Origin: Trichoplax adhaerens
Lineage: Eukaryota > Animalia > Placozoa
Length of the DNA stretch: 64,000 bases
Assembly: GCF_000150275.1 (NCBI RefSeq)
Contig: NW_002060948.1
Location: 3,237,183 to 3,301,182 of the forward strand
Direction: 5' to 3'
Shown: positions 54,289 to 64,000 of the stretch, one piece after another
How the letters are laid out: each line of letters starts with the position of its first letter
Numbering within the stretch: position 1 is the stretch's first letter
Notes under the pieces: model-generated
What the model saw: the letters and a program-made list of their open reading frames with translations, nothing else
Told to the model about the DNA's origin: nothing
The model's database searches: none
Made by a program: the position numbers and the translations under genes

Positions 54289-57200
54289 ATGGCCGAACAA
54301 CCAGTAAAGGAAAAAGTAAGATGCCCAGAATGCAGCTGGGCGTTTTACCGTAATGCTTTCACTCGATTGAAACCTGTACCCAATCCTGAAGGCAAATCAG
54401 AACTTAAGCAATCTCTTACTACCGCTGATTTAATTTCACTTGGTGTTGGAAGTGTGTTGGGAACTGGTGTATTTGTCGTAGCAGCTGGTGTGGCTAAAAA
54501 TACTGCAGGACCTGCAGTTACAATTTCTTTTGCTATTGCTGCCTTTGCATCTATCCTTTCCGGTCTCTGTTATGCAGAATTTGGTGCTCGTGTGCCTAAA
54601 ACAACAGGTCAGTAAGTAATAGAATTAAATATTACCTTGCTTGTGTTATTTTGGACAAATATTTTACTACTATTTGACTTCCACGAAAAATGTAGTTCTA
54701 CTCGTAGTCGGTAGATTAGTCAGGTCAGATGGTATATCTAATTTTCGAAATTTTCGATCAAAATTTCATTACTTGGTCCCAAAACTGACTATATTACGCC
54801 CACGGCACTTGCCTTTAAATTCCTCGTGGAATGTTGAACGCGATGCACCTTATTGTTCAAAGATTTATGGAATAGCCATAATGAAAATGAGTTAAAACCA
54901 GTTTACCATCTGATAATAGTCCGCTGATAGTTTTCATGTTATAATATCATACCTTAATTTTTGATTTTCGTAGCAGGATAGGCATATTTAGTTTGAATGA
55001 AATAATTCACAAGTTCAATTCTAAATATTTGTAGGTCTAGCTTATCCACTATTTCATTTATAAATTAATCTATAATGTCGCCAATTTTATGAATTAGTTT
55101 ATATAGACACATGCAATCTTATACGCTTTTAAATGATTATTTAAAGGTGTGATTGAATTAATTGATACCAAAAAGATAGCTACATTCCGTAAAATAATTT
55201 AATATTTTTGCGGCTACATCCAAATGTATGAGGCCCATGCGGTTTATAAAATTTGACTAGCGTGCGCTTATTTGGCTATATTTTATCTAATACAATAGAT
55301 GACAGATGTGGCGTGGCATAGCATAGTGTTATCAATATATTACAGTATTTTGTGTGGACAGATATACTGTATATAGGAACTATTAGGAAGTAATTTAGCT
55401 TTGAGTTTAGTGATAGTAAAGGGAAATTTCTAATTTAAAAAATAGTATTGTACAACATTTTACATCTTATAGGAAAAAGTGCCATACTTTCAGCTTATTT
55501 ATTAGCATTTTGTATCAACATACGTGATAATTATGAAAGTGATCGATGTCATATTGTATACGATTCTCAATCACCAGATGTAGCATAGTACCAGAAGTAG
55601 GTAATGTCATATGGTGGATTAGAACACGAGTTCCTATCCAGCCATATTGCTACTAATGTATTCAGTCTCTACGGAGCGGACCCTTACGAACAGACGGTTT
55701 AAACTCCCATATACAGTATAAGTTAATATCAGACTTGACAAGTTGGCTAGGGTATAAGAATTTATTAACTACGACGTATACTGAATGAAACGCATTAGAT
55801 TTGGAATTAAATAATTCTACTTTGTCTAGATTTCTCCTAGAATACAGTAAAGCCAAGCTACAGCTTATAGATTGTATATACATAAAACTATAAGTGTAGA
55901 ATTGTTTACTTCATATAACTTGTAAAGAGTCCATAAATTCTATTTATATACTAATACATCGATTTTTAATTATCGTTATTTTACAATTGCGCATAAATTT
56001 ATTCCTAATTTAAAATTTCTCGCATACAAAATTTAATTCTTTGTTTAAATACTTCTGTGTTGCAAAGATGTGCCAATTTTCGCAATTTTAACTTTTTGCA
56101 TAAAGCATAGCGTAACACACTCTCATTGCTCCTACGATAGCATCATGATACCGCCATTTACTTAACTAGCCGTACATTTTTTCTCTCTCTCTATTTGTAT
56201 GTCAGGTTCTTCCTATGTATACAGTTACGTTACAGTTGGTGAGGCTGTTGCTTTCACCATTGGTTGGAATCTGATCTTGGAATATGTCATTGGGACCGCC
56301 GCTTGTTCTCGTGCTTTAAGTTCTTACATTGATACATTGTTTCACAATGCTATACGTATGTTCTTTTTGCGCTATGTGGGCGAGATGGACGCACCCGGTC
56401 TGGCTAAATATCCAGATTTTATTGCTTTACTGATCACCATCTTCTTTAGCGGTGTCATCTCTTGTGGTGTTAGCCAATCTGCCCTTTTGAATAACATTTT
56501 GAACTCGTGTACCTTGTTGACTGTTGTCTTCAGTTTGGGTGTTGGTGCTTTCTATTTTGAACCGCAATTGTGGACCGGTGAAAAAGCCTTCTTCCCTTAC
56601 GGTACTCATGGTGTAACTACAGGTGCAGCAAGTTGTTTCTATGCCTATATCGGTTTCGATATTATTGCTACTACCGGTGAGGAAGCTAAAAATCCAAGGA
56701 AATCCATTCCCATTGCCATTGTTACCTCTTTAATCATCCTCTTCTTGTGCTACTTCACTGTTTCCATGGTCATGACCTTGATGGTTCCATACTATGATTT
56801 ATCCAAAGCAGCTTCCTTGCAACAGGTATTTGTTGATCGTGGTGTACCAGGTGTTAAATATTTCATCATCATTGGTGCCATCGCTGGTCTAACTGCTAGC
56901 TTGATGGGTTCCCTTTTCCCAATGCCACGTATCATCTACGCTATGGCTATAGATTGTCTTATCTTTAAGGTATTTGCTAAAGTCTACAAGCGTACCCAAA
57001 TGCCTGTTCTTGCTACCATGAGTGCAGGCTTCCTAACTGGTATCTTAGCTTGTATATTTACTGAAGAGGATTTAATTCAAATGATGTCTATTGGTACCTT
57101 GTTGGCTTATACTTTAGTATCTACTTCCGTTCTCATCTTACGTTATCAACCACAAACTGAATATGAAATGCAATATGCGGATGAATATAAGTCAGCACGT

Positions 57201-58205
57201 AGCGAGGAAGTTGCACAAGCTAAGGAAGAAGCTAAGACATTAGATAAGAAAGCAAAAGTTGGCCATTACACCAATCGACTTAAATCGACCGTTAAAAATG
57301 ATACTCCTAACTGGACTTCTTCATTAGTTGTCAACTGGTCTATAGCTTTTTTGACTATTTTCATGTTCTCATTCAATGCTCTTATCATCTATGGTGGTTG
57401 GGCACTTGAACAGAAATTAGGTAAATATAAAAATTTTAAAGCACTAACATATATTCTAATTTGCTTTGATATGTTAAAGATTTACTTGATCCATAGACTT
57501 TACTACATGTAACATAAATATTTGAGAGCAAAAATTAATTAAGCGTTTAGTTTCATGATCAAATTGCAAAGATTAATTTATTTATAATCAATTTTGTAGC
57601 TTGGGCTATCATCTTGACTATCGTCTTTGGTTTGGCTTGTGTGGCTTTCATTGTTATCATTACTATTCAGCCACAAAGTCAGAAAGAATTGCTATTTAAA
57701 GCTCCCTTGGTCCCTGGCCTACCCATTTTGGCTATTTATTGTAACACCTTTTTAATTTTGAAATTGACACTCTTTACTTGGATCCGATTTGGCATTTGGA
57801 TGTTTATCGGTAAGTTAGTATTGATTTTAAATCATTTTATTACTTGAATGTTGTGTGAATATCAGAATAAAGAGGATTTTAGTTGAATACCTATATTTCT
57901 GTTATAGTACAGATCTACGATACAAATGGCTTTATAGCGTACGCGTACAATAAAATTTATATTATATCATTGTTTTTATCTAATTATTCAAAGTTTATGC
58001 CGTTGATTTTTTGTTCAAATTTAAAATGTGATATCTATTTTACTTAGGTGGCAGTATCTACCTGACCTATGGCGTAGCTAACAGTGTACAGAGAGATTTA
58101 GACGAGGATGGTACTGATGAAGAAAGGATTAAGCTGACTCAGTATAATGAAGAAAAGGAGAAGGAAGGCCAAGATGAGGCCAGTGATGAAGAAACTAAAC
58201 AGTAA
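54289..58205 (+). CDS. SLC7A14: Cationic amino acid transporter family member, SLC7A14-like
   Basis: Exons 54289-54607, 56206-57420, 57600-57809, 58048-58205, plus a 5'UTR intron 53899-54166. [13 protein letters not shown] and RVPKTTGS (one extra Thr) match the SLC7A14 subfamily as I recall it; [17 protein letters not shown] and [13 protein letters not shown] are general CAT motifs. The family call is secure; orthology is less so. Confidence 0.8.
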
Positions 58206-60550
58206 AACCATTACTGATAACCCGTCAGTAACAACCAAGTCATAAAGCTAAATGATGTGAGCAATCTATAATGAATGCAATGCAAATATTCAACATTATG
58301 ATCCACCATTAATTGATAAAGTAGAAATTATGACTGATTATAAGCGAGTAATCAGATCTTACTCTTTAACATGATCAATACTTGTTTTGTTGTTACTTTG
58401 AATTTAAAGACATATACGGAATATCAGACGTATGTAACGCTTTGTTTTTTAGGTGATTAATTCTAATTATGTTTTAGTCTAGATTGTATATGATTAAATC
58501 TACATGACAATTACTGCTTTAAGATAGTTATTCTCTTGATTATATACTTTCTACCAAGTAATAGCAGGTATATCGAATAATACGGTTAACTTGGATAGAG
58601 GGTACTACAATTAGGGATTATGTCGCTAACTTTGATTTGCCAATATATTGTCTTATATATCTGCATATCGACTCTATTGATAAATATATTGACTAGATAA
58701 GTAATATGAAAGGATCAAGAACACATAAGTTTCAATGTGCTAGGTCTACATGGACGAATCAGTTGTCTACAAATGATAAGTTAGAGGAAGCTAATACGCT
58801 AGGACAGATTTAATTTTATTTCAGTGCGACAAGTATTTGTAATATTGCGCCTCATTATAATTCTTACGATGATTATTGTTATTATTATTAGGGAATTATT
58901 ATTATTATCATTATTATACGGTATTGCTTTGCTGCTGATAGGAAAGACAATTTATGTTATAACTGTAATAAGGACAACCAACTAAATAATATTTATCATA
59001 TCTCAATTACTTTTGCTATTATCAAAAATAGCGGTGTTTATGATTGTTAAGAAGGATTACTCCTTGTATAAGATTTGAATTTCAGTTGAGTGGGTAGGCA
59101 AGGCGTCGTATACTGTAGGTATTGATGATGTGATCGAATCGAAGATCGTGTAAAAATCAATGCAGAGTATACATGGCAGTATTTTTCATTCCTATTATGT
59201 TGTACCTATAGGCTATTATTCGCTAGTACTAATTACTGTTTTGTATGCAAGAATGATGCTTTAGTTCCTGTGCAATCGAATTTGGACAGCTGGGTACTAC
59301 TAACATCTGTTATATTTTAATGCACAGTACGTACGCGTATGCCACTATCCCCGAGGTTAGATTAGTTATGTAAACCATCACTAGCATAGTAATACTGCTA
59401 TGACAGTACGGAATAAGCCTTCAAAATTTTCCTTGGCGGTCATAGTCTCTAAATATACTGAACTATCGACAGGTATAGCATGGATAAGCAAATTAAGTTA
59501 ACTAATTTCTTCTCTACTGTCTGTGCAGGAATAAGACAGTCAATGAATAGATATCGGAGGGTTATTACAGTATCACCAATTTGTGTGCTGTTATGTAACT
59601 AACATATCGAAGATGCACTGGTAGAGCTATCACATTGCTAAATTGACAACCACAATGACGTAATCAATCTTATTACAATTACTCTACCACTATATAAACA
59701 ATTAAATGCCAGGAGTAACAACAGAATCTGGCAGTCTGCATTTCTTTTCTTTTACGCAGTACAGTAAATTTCTGTGCAATATGGACTATACAGCATTTGT
59801 AATTCTACTATACAGTATGCTATCAAACCTATTAAGGCATGTACCATATTATATTATTATAAATGATCCAGTACAGTATTGTAAGAGTCTGTCTGTAGCT
59901 GATATTGATACTACAGTAGTTTATTATTAGTATCAGTATTCTGTAATGTAAATTAGCTTTCAGAATAATGATTCATTAGCCAACAAACGAAAAAGAATTA
60001 TGATATGATAGTAAGGCATTTACTGTATCATGAGTACGATATTGTAACAGTCTGTATTTTGAATTTATACAAATATAAATGCTAATATCTTAGTATTGGC
60101 ATCATGTGGTATGAACTATATTTTAGTTGCTATTAATGATGATAGAAACTATAATTTCCCTTGTGCTCTATTATTAATATTGCTATCAAACCCTATTAAG
60201 GCATGTATTATATTAATTACTACTAAGTTGTTAAAAGTACATTGATACTACTATACGTATGTAATATGAGGGGATTTTGTGTGTTACTTTAATTGGATGA
60301 GTACATCCTTGGTATGCTATGAGAGAGATTCTAAAACGAAGAAGAAATCCTTTATTTAGACGTAGAGGAGATCATAAGTGTGCTCTAGGCAGGAATAGGA
60401 CAAGGTAGACAATCGTGAGATATGCAATGAAATAAAAGTTGAGGAATGGATGAATTATGGAAGTGCACCACTATTTATATTGTGCTGTACAATATTAGTG
60501 AACAGTTACGATGCTATGGACTCTACAAGACAAATTGTAGTTACAACTCG

Positions 60551-60766
60551 NNNNNNNNNNNNNNNNNNNNNNNNNNNNNNNNNNNNNNNNNNNNNNNNNN
60601 NNNNNNNNNNNNNNNNNNNNNNNNNNNNNNNNNNNNNNNNNNNNNNNNNNNNNNNNNNNNNNNNNNNNNNNNNNNNNNNNNNNNNNNNNNNNNNNNNNNN
60701 NNNNNNNNNNNNNNNNNNNNNNNNNNNNNNNNNNNNNNNNNNNNNNNNNNNNNNNNNNNNNNNNNN
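60551..60766. other. Assembly gap (216 N)
   Basis: Run of N characters. Confidence 1.
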
Positions 60767-61229
60767 AAAACATTTATTTTATTTATTATTATTATTTATT
60801 TATACAGTATTGTAAGTATCTGTAGGCAATGAATACTGATATTAATACTAGTGTATTAGTATTAGTATTACGTGATATGAAACATTTATGTACTTTTTTG
60901 TTACTACTCATGATTGATAACTGGCATTTTCCTTTGACTATATTTTGAAAGTTGATATCGATGAAACCCTCTTAATACGCGTACACTAGTATGAATATCA
61001 GTCTTAATTAGCTCTAATTTAGATGATGTATACCTTAACTTAATATCAGTATTATGCGGTATCAACAATATGTTACAGTTCGTTAGTGACGACTGCATTA
61101 ACCCCTAGGTCGTTGACCTTTCATCAGTTTAGCATCAGACCAGCGTGGACCCACCATACAAGGTCAAATGGCCAAAAGGTTATTTGCCTAGTCGGTGCAC
61201 AACAACCTCTGGGCACGTTGCGATATTTT

Positions 61230-62005
61230 CAAGTACAGTACAGTACAGACTACAGTGTCCATTGTACCGTTCATAGTACAGTATGTTTGAATAAGCTAGA
61301 AGTAAAAACGTTTCAAAAAGACCAATCGTTATGAACTTTCCTCTACATATTCAAACCATGCATTTGCGATCAATTTTATACAAATTGATGCAAAAATTGG
61401 AATATCCAATGGATCGGATCACGTTATCCGCTGTACTGTACAGTCTGTCATGGACTACCACCCTACTGTAGAATCTATAATGTGCATCCGTTTTCTTCAA
61501 TATGTTTGAATAGTAAAAATCTAGCAGAAAAAAACCTGCACAATGACCAATCGTGATCGACCTTATTTGCGATCAATTCTGTATCCATGAATGCAAAAAT
61601 TAGACTATCAAACGTAGGAGATCACATCGTCGATGCTCCTTGCATTGTTGGTCTGGTTACGATGGCAATATTTTCCATTTTTTCGCAAATAGACTAACTG
61701 TAAGAGGACATAATGCATCGGCAGAGCAGTTGAGCTATGTCTTCTTGGTCAATTTCTATATGTAGGCTAAAGCAGCTGTCCACGGTACAGTGTACAGTGT
61801 ACAGTATAATGAACTTACACTGTACTGTACCGACTGAATGTACTGTACGGTACTGTACCGCGTACCAGACAGCGTCTCTACCAGTATACTATACGGTATA
61901 CTGTACACAGTTCAGGTTGCAAGCGTTTTCGATCGCTCTTCTCTTTCGTCCCATGGAGAGGAATATTGATTTCATCCCCTTGGACGTGTATGGAAATTAA
62001 TTAAC
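61230..62005. promoter_or_regulatory. TACAG/CTGTA island upstream of the SDR gene
   Basis: Clusters at 61232-61282, 61431-61445 and 61783-61910, then AAATTAATTAAC near 61995. The ATG is at 62234. Confidence 0.65.
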
Positions 62006-62233
62006 AAGTAGACCAAGGAGGCTGTTGTTGATCCAATTGGACCATTTTGAAAATCGCTATTTTCCAACATCTTTTACTGTCAAGGTAGTCGACTTTAAAA
62101 AGTTGATCGACCAAGTTGAAGCGATCACCAAGGTGGAAGATTATGACAACGCTAGTTGCATCGTCCAGTCCAGCCCAAGATATCGTAGCAAACATTGAAT
62201 GAATGTGGAGTAGTGGTACTAGACGATACTGAC

Positions 62234-63509
62234 ATGGTTCGATCTTATTTAAGTATATCCATTGCTTTCTTTTTTGTCTGCCTTCATTGCATTGCTGAAA
62301 TTTTGAGATCGATCTGGCAATGGGTATTCCCAATTCGTCCGAAATCTCTCCACAATGAAATTATAGTCATTACAGGGGCTGGTAGAGGATTAGGTAAAGC
62401 TTTGGCTTTAGAAACAAGTAAATTGGGTGCTATTGTGGTCATTTGGGATATCGATTCAGCCGCCAATCAATCTGTTGCTTGTGATATACGTAATTCTGGT
62501 GGAATAGCTTATGATTATACGGTAAAAGTAACAGCAAAATGAATATTTCTAATTGTCCCATTCGCCTAGAAATCGACTACTGTACATCAGTCATCGCTGT
62601 AGTATTCAATGGCTAGTTAATCTTGGCGATCATGTTGCGCACATATTTCCCAACTAGTCTAATATTACAACAATACTTGATCAATCAATCAATCCTAATG
62701 TTATAGCCAGGTTGATATCTTGCAGCTATCGTGAATTCTCTATCTATATATACAGCACTGTGTAAAGGTTACAGTAGTAGTTGTCTAATCTGCATAAAAA
62801 TCGGCTACTGTACATCAGATATTATTATTTTTTGAATGGTAGTCTTTACGATCAAGTTGACCACTTTCTCCCAACTACTCCTATCTTGATGCACTCGATA
62901 CAGTACACTTTCAAGCCAAATGTTATCGCTCTACTTGATCAATATAATCCAAATCGTAGCCAAGTTGTCATCTTGCAGATGTTATTCTTTCGATAAAGTA
63001 TTGATAGATAAAGATAGGAGTAATAATTCTATACCTTATAGCTCTGTATTACTTTACCATGATACCGTTCACACGTGTACAGGAACGGTATGATGGATAG
63101 CATACGTAAAGAAGGCGTTGGCTGACTGACTGCAAAATAGTGTTACATAGATACAAAAACGCCTCTACAGTATTGTAAAAGATATTCTAGCCTTCAAAAA
63201 TAATTGATTAATTAATTAATCTAATTTTTAAACGTGAAATAGTAATGTTTCTCTACTTAGTTGACCATAAGTATCGCCTCAAGACGCACTACTAATTGTC
63301 CTTTCTTTCTTTTTGATCATCACTTTCAATAGATCGATATTACAAATAAAGAAGCTGTTTATGCAACTGCAGAAGCTGTCCTGACTGACATTGGACCTGT
63401 ATCTCTGCTAATTAATAATGCTGGTGTGGTCAATGGTAAAACTTTAATCAACAGCTGTGATAGTAAAATTGAAAAAACTTTAAATGTCAATATGGTTTCC
63501 CATTTTTGG
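62234..63509 (+). CDS. Short-chain dehydrogenase/reductase, SDR16C family (RDH10/SDR16C5/DHRS3-like); 3' end outside the window
   Basis: Exons 62234-62521 and 63333-63509. N-terminal membrane anchor, PKSLHNEIIVITGAGRGLG (TGxxxGxG), VVIWDI, IGPVSLLINNAGVVNGK, NVNMVSHFW. Confidence 0.92.
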
Positions 63510-64000
63510 GTAGGTTGATCTAACCAAATATCAAGATTGGTTATGGTTAGGTCGTACTAGTCTTATTAATTCCTTAAGATTGCGTCATAATCAATGATAC
63601 TGTATTAGAACTTGCCTAGTAGCTATAAATCAATTGATTACAGCTACATCTTGTACCGGTGTAGCTACATCATGAATGGAAGTATTCGCATAACTTGCTA
63701 GTGATTTCAGATTATTCGTTCAATTCATCTAGTCTTGAGTGATATGTGATTAAATTGAACTAGATTATCAGTGATCATGCAGTAAAATATATTAATTAGG
63801 TAATGATCAAGATATGCTTCGATAATCGCTTACCAAATTGACATTTTTAGATATCAACGTAGCCATCAGCAGTTGTGGTTGGCTATGTCGATCTGATACT
63901 GTCAATTAGTAGCAAATAGTTACACTAATAATGACATTATTGTAAACTTTGTTAACGACATAGCTGTCGAAAAGTTAAAGATAGCCTTCCATTGCATGTA

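Noticed and set aside
44696-58917. Short microsatellites (TTGA)n near 44700, (TA)n near 46250 and (ATT)n near 58870
   Set aside because: Ordinary low-complexity tracts in AT-rich DNA.
60446-60832. ORFs spanning X runs
   Set aside because: Artefacts of the N gap.

Overview
AT-rich eukaryotic genomic DNA with compact GT-AG introns and metazoan genes. Composition and gene style suggest a basal animal, probably a placozoan such as Trichoplax (inference only). Splicing exons by hand gives eight protein-coding genes: the 3' end of an SH2-domain protein (+), a PLEKHG5/Syx-like RhoGEF with a large acidic last exon (+), CAPZB (+), a CAT/SLC7A4-like transporter (-), an atypical prostanoid-receptor-like GPCR (+), CLYBL (+), an SLC7A14-like transporter (+) and the 5' part of an SDR16C/RDH10-like dehydrogenase (+). 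There is one 216-N assembly gap. Best non-obvious signals: (1) dense 'islands' of TACAG/CTGTA pentamers in mixed orientation sit directly upstream of CAPZB, CLYBL and the SDR gene, and probably at the PLEKHG5 promoter, but not upstream of the GPCR or the transporters; they are a candidate promoter-marking system. (2) A splice donor overlaps the PLEKHG5 stop codon and a micro-exon adds exactly two residues, mirroring the vertebrate Syx1/Syx2 PDZ-tail switch. (3) A 194-bp insertion with a 7-bp target-site duplication has its empty site preserved in the adjacent duplicate. (4) A G-U-compatible hairpin is duplicated in tandem, and two long inverted repeats lie upstream of CLYBL. Exon coordinates were read by eye and may be off by a base.
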